IMG/VR virus record: IMGVR_UViG_3300029922_000014
Coordinates: 32,001-96,000 of that record
DNA length: 64,000 bases
DNA from: a virus
Strand: one strand, 5' to 3'
The notes under the pieces were generated by a model. The model worked only from the letters and a program-made list of their open reading frames with translations. It did no database searches and was not told the origin of the DNA. Positions 19,601 to 29,200 of this stretch are shown here, piece after piece. The position numbers were made by a program, and so were the translations under genes. Within the stretch, counting starts at the first letter, position 1. Every line of letters begins with the position of its first letter.

Positions 19601-22600
19601 AGCAGTTTGCGGAACTCGGTCAGCGTCCCATGCCAGTTGCCCTGGGCGGCGGTAGTCTGAATGAGGTGATTTTTGTTTGCGTCGGGGTGAACATAGTATG
19701 CCGGCTCATCCAGCGGGGTTTTGGGAGGTCCCCAGCCACTGGACGGAAGCTCACTGAGCGGCGCGCAGATGAACGTGGCGGCCTGCGTCATCATCACCAC
19801 ATAGGTCTTGAGCGCGCCGTCGGCAGTTTCGACGCCGACGCTCCCAAGCACGAAACAGCCCCAGAACGACGAACCGGTGTCGTCGTTGACCATTCCATAT
19901 TCGGCGCCGGCAGTGGTGGAGAGCTTGATGATCGCCTGCCCCTGCAACTTCTTCTTCACCGCCTGAATCATGTCGGTGGTAAACGGAACGGAGCCTTCGA
20001 GCAGCGCTTCCCAAACATCCTCGTACGGCGCTGGCGGGATGTTCTGACCTGCGTTGTCGGTGGCCGCGGTGGGCTGTGAGGTGTAGTCGGCTTGTTTGGG
20101 CTTTGCAGCGAGGATGTTGCCGTTCGTCGTCAGCCACTTTTCGGTATCCTTCACCACCTGCTTGTCGCGCACAGAGAGTTCTGCGTACCAGTTGGAGTCT
20201 TCGTAATTGTCCATCGGGACCAGGAAGGTCTCTTCTGTCTCTTGGGGATCCTGGTCTTTAAAGCCGGTCAGAGAGCCACCCGTGGGCTTGGCAATGAACA
20301 GGCGGGTGATCGACGTGGACCCCATGTAATCGCCCAGGTGAGCCAGCGGGACGCAAGAGATGCCAACCTCCTCGAACACTTCGCGCACGGCTGCCTTCTC
20401 GGTCGATTCGCCCGGGTCAACGCCGCCCTTCGGGAAGGTCTTGGAATAGCCACCGAACTCGTTCAGCGGATGCACCAGCAGAAGGTAATGGCAGCCGGTA
20501 GTGGCCCCACCAATCGCTGCGCCGGGGGGAAAGACCACCACGCATCCGGCGGCTGGCTTCTTGCCTGCGATCGTGGCGAACGTCGGTTGCTCAACCGCAG
20601 TGGGGTTGTTCCAGCCCTGGGGCTTCTCACACGGGATTGACACGGTGTCAATCGTCACCGCGCAGTTGTTTTCACCGGGTTTGAAGGTGGCAACGCCGAC
20701 ATGACCAAAGCCATCGGGAAGCGCCGGTTCCTGCTGTGACCACTGGAACTTAAAGCTGACGGGATCAACCTCACCCGCAACATCCTGAACCAGCGGCGTG
20801 CCTTGCCCCGGGGCGGTCGAGTCCTTGAACCAGAACCAGCCAGCGACTACGCCTTCGGCACCGCTGGTATGTTTGACCTGGGTGCCAATAGGAAAGAAAA
20901 CACCTTCAGGCGCCGGGACAAGGTGGTACCCCTGATGATTCGCGATCCAGGCGGTGACTTCTTCCGACGGCGCATATCCCAGCGGCGAACTGGGCTGGCC
21001 CTCTTCCTTCTTCTCCCAGTTCGATGGCTTGGAAACGGTGAAATACGCCTTGCCGTCCCCGTTCTTGACAACTGCCATGGGCTTCTGTCCTGAGACGAGA
21101 GGGTGGGATCTGACCCACCCCACTACCGTCACGACAACGCCCGCTCCGATCTTGTCCGTAAGCTCCGTTCCGACCGGAAAGAACTCGCCGGCTGGCGCAT
21201 GGACCAGGGTGTAATGAAGATCATTCGCCCAATCCTGAAGTTGCTGTGAAACGACATATCCGGATGCAGGCGGAATGAACTGGTCTGGCTCTTTCTTCGT
21301 CCAGGCTTCAGGGTTGAACGCGATCGACGGCGGACCGCCTCCGGGGCTCTGGGAAAGCATGAACGTCTTCGCGAGGATGGATGCCGATCCCGACGTTTTC
21401 TTCACGTACCCAGAAACGACTTCAGTCGTCCCGTAACCGACCACTTCGGTGCCGATCGGAAACTCTCCGGGCGGAACAGGAACAAAAACGTAGCCTGCCT
21501 GTTCGGCGTATTCCTGATGGTGCTGCGAAACCTCGTACCCCAACGCAAGCGATGACGTCGGCGCTTCGACCGGCTCGTCGATGATGCTGGCAACCGGAAC
21601 ACCGCCAATCACCTGTCCAACAATCCACTGCGGCGGGCCGCCCGACTGCGTGACGCTGTCGATGTAGTAGTACGTCACGTTGCCAACAGTGACGCCCCCC
21701 AGCATCTGCATGGCCTTTGGCCCATACGTCAGATAGGGCGGTTTCGTAAGCCACTTGAACGCATCGGCTGGATGGCAGTTGTGCACGACCACGCCATAAG
21801 CGTCATCAACCGCCTTGAAGTCGATATCGGGAGTCACCGGACTGCCGTGCATCGGAAGGAGCAACGCGAGCTTGTACTTTCCAGCGGTCTCGTCGACAGC
21901 GAGCACGTACATGTGCGTCTCGACCTGCTTCCCTTTCGGGATCAGGATGTCGCCTGCCTTGAAGGCCGGAACGGGCTTGGACACCACGGGCGGAAAAACC
22001 GCGATAAGCGGGAATGTCACCGTGTCCTCGATGTCCGCGTCGATCGTTTCTGCGGTGCAACGCCACATGACCCACTTGCCGTCCTTCGCAGTGTATGCGT
22101 ACGCCCAGGAATAGCCGTCGAGGTCGATCGTGTACGTTTTCGTCGCGTAGGCGAGTTCAGCCTTCCCATCCCCGGTCGGATCGGAAATGAACGCACAGGC
22201 TTTTGCAGCGGTGGAAGCAGTGCCGATGAACTCGTTTTCGCCACTCTCGTCGAAGGTCTCGGCAATGACCTTTACCGACGTTGCGCCGAACAGCGCCAGC
22301 GGAGCCAACCAATAGGTCGTGACTCCGGCTTTGGTGCCGATGTGCCCAATCCAATACCGCATCTTCTCTTCGTTGTTTCGCACGATGTCGTTGACGCTGA
22401 ACTTCGGAACGTACGCCTTGGGCATCTCCGGTGCCTTCTTCCACACCGGCGTGATCTCGCCGCTTTCGATCTTTGCTGCGAGCGCGTCGTCTTCGTAGTC
22501 GTCGATGTCACCATCGTCATCCTGGCAGATGACCAGAACATCATCGACAACGACCGCTTCGCCGTTTTCATCTGTCGCGGGCAGGTCTTTGACTTCGATC

Positions 22601-24018
22601 ACCGCCTTGACGGTGAAGATGACTCCTGATTTTACGTGCAGCAGTTGCGTGATCGACTCGTACTGCTTCTGCGTTCCTGCCGTCGCAGCAATGAATGCCG
22701 ACGCAGTCTTGGTTTCGAGGTAGTCGAGGGGATGCCAATTTTCAGGATGGTCGGTGTACCCGGCGGCGTACTTGTCTTCGAGATGCGCAGCGAGCCAGCC
22801 GGATTGCAGCGTCGGCTTCGGCGCGGCGACAGGTTCCGGTTCCGGCGTGGGTTCTGGCGCGGGGACAGAAGTCGGAGCAGCAATAGGTGCCGGCGCTGGC
22901 GTCGGTGCGGCAGCGGGCGCGGGAATGAACTTTGTGACGTGCTCTTCAGTGAAGACACCGAATGGAACGCCGACATCCGACTCGGCAGGGATGCCGCCGT
23001 TGATGACCGTCCAGTCTTTGGCGATCCACGCCGCCAAGTAGATGTGGAAGATGCCGCCATTGAGCTTGCGGTGCACGATCCATTTATGGAAAAGTTCGAG
23101 CGTCTGGTGCGCGGTGATCTTGTTGATCGCCCAACCGTGATAAGCCTTTTCGATCAGGTCCCAGAACTTCTCCATCAGATTCTCGAAACCGTGGACCTTC
23201 GACGGATCTTCCCACTTTGCCCCGTGCGGGTGCATGTAGGTGATCGCGGCGTTGATGGCGTCGGAATACTTCGCGAAGCCAGAAACCGCGTCCTCAAGGC
23301 CCGGGGGCTTCTTGGTGCTCTTGTTCAGTTCCTTGATCTTCGCCTTGTCCTCGGTCGCCAGCACGAGGTAACCGATGAAGGTCGGCCAGATCATCTTGGT
23401 GGCAACGACCGCGGGCTGATGGATCAGTTGCTGCCACTTCAGCGATTCGTCGAGCATGCGCAGGGGACGAACGACGGCGAGTTCATTCAGGTCGCAGCGG
23501 GCGGCGTCGGCGTACTTGCCCTGAATATGTTCTGCGATGACACCAAACACTTCGGGCATCTTGTAGCAGGCTTCGATGGCCTCACCGACCGCGTCTGCGT
23601 GAGAACCGAACGTGGCGACCATGTCGGGGATGTCGTGTTCTTGGCGCAGGCGCTCCCAGAGGAATCGGCCGACGCTGGCTTCGGTCAGGTTCCATTCCGT
23701 GCGCCAGCCATCATCGCCAAGGGCTTCCGCGATCTCGGTTACGCTGGCGTGAAGCAAGGTGCCAAGCGAAAGCGAAACAGGGGTCTTGCCTAAGAGCGTG
23801 GCGGTGGCAAAGGCGTATCCAGCTTCGCGCCCGTAGTGGTCCCAAGCAGCGGAAGCAGATTCGGAGACGTGGACGCGTTCACAGTTCAGGCGATTGAAGC
23901 GAACGATCCGCTTCAACACACCGATGCTGACCTGTCCACTTGCCAGAGCTTCGCTGATCTTGCGCTTCTCCGGGATGGCGGCGGCGATGGCGCGGACGGC
24001 GGCGGGTACATGGATCAC
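16666..24018 (-). CDS. 2450-aa polyvalent protein: Nudix hydrolase + PI3/4-kinase/HipA-like kinase + possible ART-like C-terminus
   Basis: Nudix box FPKGGVDPGESTEKAAVREVFEEVG. Kinase motifs GGSKP, WILK, FDMFVGNHDGHGNNWL and PIDIGQAF. Confidence 0.85.
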   Translation of the reverse strand: MIHVPAAVRAIAAAIPEKRKISEALASGQVSIGVLKRIVRFNRLNCERVHVSESASAAWDHYGREAGYAFATATLLGKTPVSLSLGTLLHASVTEIAEALGDDGWRTEWNLTEASVGRFLWERLRQEHDIPDMVATFGSHADAVGEAIEACYKMPEVFGVIAEHIQGKYADAARCDLNELAVVRPLRMLDESLKWQQLIHQPAVVATKMIWPTFIGYLVLATEDKAKIKELNKSTKKPPGLEDAVSGFAKYSDAINAAITYMHPHGAKWEDPSKVHGFENLMEKFWDLIEKAYHGWAINKITAHQTLELFHKWIVHRKLNGGIFHIYLAAWIAKDWTVINGGIPAESDVGVPFGVFTEEHVTKFIPAPAAAPTPAPAPIAAPTSVPAPEPTPEPEPVAAPKPTLQSGWLAAHLEDKYAAGYTDHPENWHPLDYLETKTASAFIAATAGTQKQYESITQLLHVKSGVIFTVKAVIEVKDLPATDENGEAVVVDDVLVICQDDDGDIDDYEDDALAAKIESGEITPVWKKAPEMPKAYVPKFSVNDIVRNNEEKMRYWIGHIGTKAGVTTYWLAPLALFGATSVKVIAETFDESGENEFIGTASTAAKACAFISDPTGDGKAELAYATKTYTIDLDGYSWAYAYTAKDGKWVMWRCTAETIDADIEDTVTFPLIAVFPPVVSKPVPAFKAGDILIPKGKQVETHMYVLAVDETAGKYKLALLLPMHGSPVTPDIDFKAVDDAYGVVVHNCHPADAFKWLTKPPYLTYGPKAMQMLGGVTVGNVTYYYIDSVTQSGGPPQWIVGQVIGGVPVASIIDEPVEAPTSSLALGYEVSQHHQEYAEQAGYVFVPVPPGEFPIGTEVVGYGTTEVVSGYVKKTSGSASILAKTFMLSQSPGGGPPSIAFNPEAWTKKEPDQFIPPASGYVVSQQLQDWANDLHYTLVHAPAGEFFPVGTELTDKIGAGVVVTVVGWVRSHPLVSGQKPMAVVKNGDGKAYFTVSKPSNWEKKEEGQPSSPLGYAPSEEVTAWIANHQGYHLVPAPEGVFFPIGTQVKHTSGAEGVVAGWFWFKDSTAPGQGTPLVQDVAGEVDPVSFKFQWSQQEPALPDGFGHVGVATFKPGENNCAVTIDTVSIPCEKPQGWNNPTAVEQPTFATIAGKKPAAGCVVVFPPGAAIGGATTGCHYLLLVHPLNEFGGYSKTFPKGGVDPGESTEKAAVREVFEEVGISCVPLAHLGDYMGSTSITRLFIAKPTGGSLTGFKDQDPQETEETFLVPMDNYEDSNWYAELSVRDKQVVKDTEKWLTTNGNILAAKPKQADYTSQPTAATDNAGQNIPPAPYEDVWEALLEGSVPFTTDMIQAVKKKLQGQAIIKLSTTAGAEYGMVNDDTGSSFWGCFVLGSVGVETADGALKTYVVMMTQAATFICAPLSELPSSGWGPPKTPLDEPAYYVHPDANKNHLIQTTAAQGNWHGTLTEFRKLLKEAEFPHYAQVSKELIKPAATLFLPGMPWKLKAIMLNCLKARAALKQKKGSAKAPPANATQMLPPPSITSDPLITKTLALSGDKLTLAGAGPGGGSKPIFFATTADGAKWILKAPAHGDSNAIRPFTDAAAFKLANMVKDNNVPATVVKLGGKTYSAQPFIADAKELGFAVDTSKDLSESDMIAIMQQHVFDMFVGNHDGHGNNWLRTTTGKLVPIDIGQAFKFVTKGIEESLDPAWNAPGNVGQPVAKQLLIDWSKSKTVIAPAVFAAMRKTMLRVAAITDDDLESTIAPIAQEGGYSDSKLAGLLARMKTRRDGYVEAWTAEMAKLAKQRGEKWEWAAYTKSYTLPSSVPAHLHDYPDKQGFSDEEHKSVSIAAQAQWAGRSMQIDRDAIDNQEVMVKRVILSGTTETAGTVIYFRVARHAAVAAIAKLGAVCGVVESTGPAVLPFDSAVRGSPFYGVIYDAQRSVDSHCFEHNDGNIKVAKVEAVIAVRKQLQALLLDVHGEGNYQTIPKAVVRAMIAKYLPFCLAIEEAGKNPQAQIGKKLPPIEPFVWAPEASASDTSEPSDITIKKRVDSGFMPDSAPTGKNVKMDITPMALVKPNGHGQTQFVITSTQVPGATVYFNSPHGEVKSFRGQVWGIIPGEPTVAHVAALLNLFERAAGIGMKPPTDKDKEVLYLAKQVYLAQDTGTGFKPGEEGSDVTDGAYKQAMADYQGGNAEAARTKLSAILAAKLNTTPAKLKDLPGWNPEFHHPNDVGFGESYRVGVTREDIVAKFGKVFLAHRVDNVLTMMQKLTANNGAIFAAYIKRLYGLPMGVGSNAAGNSSAEKDLRVGGGQGFFACMRKIVNQPDLILYFDPSAFLRTDVVVVGGANDTESIDAYGSVTAKRYLTPESWKNAKSNSGSLVGDLGDSVSPGSQWQFHVRNALDVRKYLHTVVLSDGDKVKKALAICAAAGWTSFARGRTPEKVFVVRENATWE
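20638..20650. repeat. dispersed palindrome (inside giant gene)
   Basis: gatTGACACGGTGTCAatc. Confidence 0.9.
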
Positions 24019-24470
24019 GGTGTTCTCCGATGCTTGCTCTTGGCGTCACGCTCTTCGCGACGTTTGAGCACCTGGGATGGAAGCTTGATTGACACGATGT
24101 CAGTCTTCGGCGGCTTGAGCTTCGTCAGCAAAGCGCTCAGCGCATCTGCATTCGCTGGCGCCTCATGGAACTTGTCTTTGTACCGAACGGAGAGCGCGCC
24201 CATGAGACCGATGACGTGGACGGTGTAGTCGTGCTGGGTGAGCTTTTTGACGGCCTTGTCCACCTCGGTCACGGACCAGCCACGCGCCAACAAAGCCGCC
24301 TGTGAGGCTTCTGGAACGATCAGCGACTTCGAGGTCTGTCCGTACACCCGACGCGAAACTGCGGCGAGCGGAGAGAGCGTGCGGGGATTGATGAGGGCGT
24401 ACCCGGCTTCCTTCACCAGCGCTTCAGCGCGCGGGTGTAGTGGGCTGGTCAGGACGACGGCGACTTTCAC
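24015..24470 (-). CDS. hypothetical protein
   Basis: Coupled to the giant gene by a GTGA overlap. Confidence 0.55.
   Translation of the reverse strand: MKVAVVLTSPLHPRAEALVKEAGYALINPRTLSPLAAVSRRVYGQTSKSLIVPEASQAALLARGWSVTEVDKAVKKLTQHDYTVHVIGLMGALSVRYKDKFHEAPANADALSALLTKLKPPKTDIVSIKLPSQVLKRREERDAKSKHRRTP
24090..24102. repeat. dispersed palindrome (inside CDS)
   Basis: atTGACACGATGTCAgt. Confidence 0.9.
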
Positions 24471-24485
24471 AGGATCGACACGGCA

Positions 24486-24908
24486 TCACTCGGCACGGCG
24501 CTTGGGCATGTTCTTGAGCATGCTGGCCGCAAACCCTGCCGTGACCACTCGCGGGGCAGGAGGCGGGGCATTCTCGACAAGGGGGTGTTCACTTGCGTTC
24601 CACTCGTCGTTGGTAACGACGCCCGTCTTTTTTGCCCTGGCTTCGAGGAGAGCACCCAGCGAGGTCACAACCTTGCCTTCTGGGGTCTTGGAACCGCCCG
24701 ATGAACCCGTCTGCGGGGCTCCAGGTGCCCTTTTTCCTTCGTCAACGGCCTTCGGGACGGGTTTGCCACCAGCACGCGCCAAAATACCGGCCACGCCCGA
24801 TGCAGGGGCCTTGGCGGATTGCATGCCAGCACGGGCTGGCGGCAGGGAATGCCCTGCCGGCGCAGCGGATGCGGACTCATCGAACTCAGGGCGTTGCGGC
24901 GCTGCCAC
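24486..24908 (-). CDS. hypothetical low-complexity head-cluster protein
   Basis: GAAAGGG RBS; FDES, LLEA and LVEN motifs. Confidence 0.55.
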   Translation of the reverse strand: MAAPQRPEFDESASAAPAGHSLPPARAGMQSAKAPASGVAGILARAGGKPVPKAVDEGKRAPGAPQTGSSGGSKTPEGKVVTSLGALLEARAKKTGVVTNDEWNASEHPLVENAPPPAPRVVTAGFAASMLKNMPKRRAE

Positions 24909-24937
24909 AGGATAGCCCTTTCACGTAGTCGAGGTGA

Positions 24938-26146
24938 TCAGGCTTTCTTGACGGATTCCGGCTTCGGTTCCGCGCGCCGGCCATTGGGCATGCGGCTCAG
25001 GATGCGGCTGGTGAGCCCGGCACCTTCCATGACGTTCGAGATGGCGTCGGTCTGGTGCGCGAGCAAGGACTTCTTGGCCTTGCCGGGCGCCTGCTTGCTG
25101 ACCGGGACTTTGGCCTTGACCTTGGACAGGAAGCTGGCCTTGGCCTTCTTCGCCGGTTCACCCTTCTTGGGGGCAGCCTGGGGCTTGGTGGTCGCGCCGG
25201 CCTTGATCTGGGCTGCGGTCTTCTTGGTCTTGTCGCCCGACTTGGCGGCGCCGGCAGCGGACTGGGCAGCGTGGCCGCCGATGAACTTCTTGTACTTCGC
25301 GACGCCGGCCTTCGAGCCGGTGCTGTAGTCCACCTTGCCGTTGGTGTTGTATTTGTCGCCGCGGCCGGCGGTGCCGGCCTTGGTGTAGGTGCCGCCGGAC
25401 TTGGCGCCGGGGGCGACGTATTTCTTCTGGCCGGGTTTGGCGCGGGCGATGACCTGCTTCGCGAGCATGGCCAGGGACATGCGCACGACCTTGTTCTTGC
25501 CCTGCTCGCCGCTCTTGCGGATCTTCACGAAGTCGCCCTTCGCCATCTCGGTCAGTTCGGCTTCGGTCATGTCGAGGTGGCCGACGATCGCAGCACGGCG
25601 GGTCTTCTCGGCCAGGGTGCTGACGGGCAGGTTCGAGATGTGGTGCAGGACCAGCATTTCCAGGTCGTCTTCGTCGACCATGTAGGCGGCGAGTTCGCCG
25701 GGGACCTGTTGGATGATGGCCGGGACGGATTCGTCCTTCTTGTCATCTTCCTTCTTTTTGCCCTTGGTGTCCTTGTCGTCTTCTTCGTCGTCCGCATCAT
25801 CCTCGTCTTCGTCGTCGGCATCTTCCTCTTCTTCCTCATCATCGGCGTCGTCGCCCTCTTCGTCATCCTCATCATCGGCCATGGCTTCACCGATGGCGCC
25901 GACGAAGGTCTCGTCGGTCGAGGCCTTGAGGTCGATGGTGCCGTGGAAGCGCTCGACGTGCGCGCGCAGTTCCTTGTCGGCCAGGATGGATTCGATCAGC
26001 ACGTCCCAGTCGACCGATTCCAGGAAGTCCTGGATGGTCTGGCCTTCGATGGTGAGCTTGTCGCCGTTGTAGAGGAGCGCGGCGACCGATTCGTCCGCAG
26101 CGGGGGCGATGGGTTCGTCGGCGCGCTGGGTGATGATGAGCGGCAT
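24938..26146 (-). CDS. prohead-core / internal-protein-like protein with acidic and Lys/Ala-rich halves
   Basis: CAGGAG RBS; D/E tract of about 35 aa followed by a histone-like K/A-rich C-terminus; strong GC3 codon bias. Confidence 0.75.
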   Translation of the reverse strand: MPLIITQRADEPIAPAADESVAALLYNGDKLTIEGQTIQDFLESVDWDVLIESILADKELRAHVERFHGTIDLKASTDETFVGAIGEAMADDEDDEEGDDADDEEEEEDADDEDEDDADDEEDDKDTKGKKKEDDKKDESVPAIIQQVPGELAAYMVDEDDLEMLVLHHISNLPVSTLAEKTRRAAIVGHLDMTEAELTEMAKGDFVKIRKSGEQGKNKVVRMSLAMLAKQVIARAKPGQKKYVAPGAKSGGTYTKAGTAGRGDKYNTNGKVDYSTGSKAGVAKYKKFIGGHAAQSAAGAAKSGDKTKKTAAQIKAGATTKPQAAPKKGEPAKKAKASFLSKVKAKVPVSKQAPGKAKKSLLAHQTDAISNVMEGAGLTSRILSRMPNGRRAEPKPESVKKA

Positions 26147-26200
26147 GAGGTTGACTCCTGATCTGCTGGCGAGGGTAGGTTAAGAAGCGCGCACGTCCAC

Positions 26201-26213
26201 TGACACGGTGTCA
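26201..26213. repeat. dispersed palindrome (intergenic)
   Basis: acTGACACGGTGTCAgt. Confidence 0.9.
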
Positions 26214-26223
26214 GTCCTTGGGA

Positions 26224-29200
26224 TCAGACGGCGGGAACGAAGCTGATGCCGGTGCCGGTGAAGACTGCCTGTACCTTTTCGGCCGCGATGCGACCGGTGG
26301 TGACGGTGACGGTGTTCTCTTCGATCTTCACTTCGGTGTCGCGCGGGGCACCGGCGTCCTCAGCGAATTGCAGGAACTCGTCGAGGCGATTGCGCGGGAA
26401 GGTGATCACCACCGTGGTGTAGTCAAGACCTTCGAGCGACAGTCCCTTTCCGAGGGTGCGCTTGATGATCGGGTTGGCATGGGTGATCTTGCGCGCCATC
26501 GCACGCCGGCCGGGGCCAGCCTTGTACGCTTCGACCAGCGCTTGGGTCTTCGCGCGGAAGTCCTCGGGCAGGTCGTTCTTGGCGCACTGCTCCATCTCCG
26601 CAAAGAACTCGTCGTCGTCCATGCGGCGGATGGATTCGACCCATTCCTTCACGGTGTCACCCACGGTGGACGGCATCTTGAAGTCGGCGGCGCTGCCCGT
26701 GGTCCCGCAGTTGTCGCAGGAGCACTTGCCGTCTTTCACGGTGATGCCCTGCGTGGCTTCGCACTTCGGACAGGCCATCTGCAAGTTCATGCTGGCGTTG
26801 CTGGTAGTGCCTTCAGGCACGGAAGCCGGAACGTCATCATCCCCCGCGCCGCCGGCATCGTTCTGCGGCCCCTTGGTCTTGGCATCGCGCACGCCGGTGT
26901 TGGTCTTCTTGACCTTCTTCTGATTGACCGCAACACCATCCGGATCGAGGTCTTCTTCAGACTCATCCAGCTTCTGGGCGTTGGCAGCCGCGACGCCGGC
27001 CTTGAAGCGCGGGTGACGTTCGACCGGATTTGCGTTCGGATCGAAGGTAGCTTGGTGCTTCTTGAAGTAGGTGTGGTCCTCGTCGGAGTGCTTCTTGAAC
27101 GTGGCCGCCAGCTTGTGGTTGCCTGCTTTCTCATGGCGGTCGGCCATGGTCCGCAGATACCCGGTACGCTGGGCGGCGTTCAGGTAGTTGGAATGGGTGA
27201 CGCCCTTCTTGTCGCCTTCGTCCATGCCCGAATCCGGCTTGGTCTTCGAGAAGCCGCCCTTGCTGCCGGGACCGGTCTGGACCAGCTTGTTGCTGGCCAC
27301 CTTGCCCTTCTTGCCCGGGATGCCGGTCTCCTTTTCGCCTTCGCCGTCCTCGCCGGTTTCCTCTTCCTCTTTGACCAGCTTGCCCGACCAGTTCTTGGGC
27401 TTGATCGCACCCATGCGGAAGTGCTTGGCGGTGAGGGTGTGGCGGCGACCTTTGCGATGAGCGCGGGCGGTCAGGCCTTCGACGACAGACGCGAGCAATT
27501 CCTTGCCTGCCGCTTCCGCGATGGCCTGAGCGGCTTCGAGCGCAAAGGCCGGTTCGTCTTCGGAGACGGCTTGGTCGTAGGCGTCGATCAGGTTGCTGTC
27601 GATGGTGGGGTCAGCACGGAACATCTCCGCCAGGACGTTGCCCATGGCGTCGTACCATTCGTTCTTGGACTGCGGCACGTAGACATAGCCCTGCTCCTGG
27701 GCCTTCTGGCTCAGATAGGCTTCGCCGTTCGAGAGGTCGTCCTGATCGGACAGGTCGCACTCGACGGAGTCGATGATCGCGCCGTCGCCGTCATAGCCCT
27801 TGCGGAGTTCGAGTTTGCCTTCGCCGGGAACGATGACCGCGCAGCCTTCATCCGGATCCTCGCCGGTGCTGTCGTCGTCGCCGTCGTCATCCTTGCCCGC
27901 ATACGGGCTGACGGTGCCGTTGCCTTCGCCGGGGAAGAGACCGGCCTTCTTGGCCTTGATCACTTCTTCGACGTCTTCCTTGGTGGCGTTTTTGGAATGG
28001 AGCGCGCGGGCGGCGGTCGCGAACGCCTTGTTGTCGGACGCTTTCTTGAAGTCGACCTTGAACTTGGCGTCGTCGGAAGCCGGCGCGGTGCCGCCATGCT
28101 CCGTAGCGAGCTTGCGCAGTTCCGCATGCGGGAGGTGCTTCTTGATCATCTCCATGTCGAAGGTGGTCGAGGTGTCCGACTCTTCGAGAGCTTCGTCGAT
28201 CGCCGGACCGCCGCCGGTCTGATGCCCCGGATTGGTCACCCAATGCCCGCGCGCGTTGTCTTCATTTCGCACCAGCATCTGGCCGAGTTGGAAGCGCAGG
28301 TCTTCATATTCGCGACGCTGGCTCTTGCCGCCGAGGTACAAGGTGGCGTCGTCATCGGGGCCGAGCTTGTCGGACAGGGAGTCGTTCACGCTGGCGTGGA
28401 GTTCCGCGATGCGCTTGCGGGCTTCCGCGGGATCGTAGGTGTTGGCGTCGTCTTCGTTGAGCGATTCTTTGACCTTTTCGGTGGGATGAATCCCCTCCAA
28501 ACGCTTGTGCTCTTCCTTTGCAGCCTTGATGAAGGCGGGGTGCTTCATGACATCTTCGGCGTCGCCTTCTTTTCTGACCTTGGCGTATTCCGCAGAGGCG
28601 CCAGTGAATGCGCTGTGCGCGTCATTCGCAGAGTGCATGAACGGGCCATTCTCGAACTTGGCACGTTTCGCGTGTTCGCGTTTCGCGTAGCTGTGCCCAG
28701 CATCTTCGGCATGATACTCGGCGGTCCTGGGAGTCTTCGGCACCGGCTTACGCTCGACATACGCTTCAGCCAAAGCAGCGTTGATTGACACGGTGTCAGT
28801 GTCATCGGTCACCGATTCATTCACGACCTTCTCACGCAGCTTGATGTCGAGGGCCTTGACCTTAGGGTCGGCCTTGAGCGCGACCATGATGGCATTCGCG
28901 AGCTTGTCGCCCTGGTCCTCGCACACCGTCTTGATGGCGCGCTGCATGACGAACTCGGCCAGTGCGTACGACGGAGTCTCGTCGATGAAGTTGTCGCTGC
29001 GGAAGCTGATGCCGCAGTAGTTGGCGTATGCTGCTGGCTGCCCCGCCGCCATGAGTCCCTTGTTTTCGCCATCGACGCCGACGATCTTCATCCAGGCTTC
29101 GGTGAGCGCGACGCTGGCGGCCTGCTCGTCGATCTCTTCGGATTCGGTGAGCTTGAGGAGGGACTTGTGGATGCCGTCCACGTCCTCTTTGGTCAGCTTC

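Noticed and set aside
26218-28788. Long plus-strand ORFs (also 61-912, 2943-4358, 11300-12667, 25055-26161, 49646-50656)
   Set aside because: Antisense shadows of GC3-biased minus-strand genes, with no motifs or RBS.
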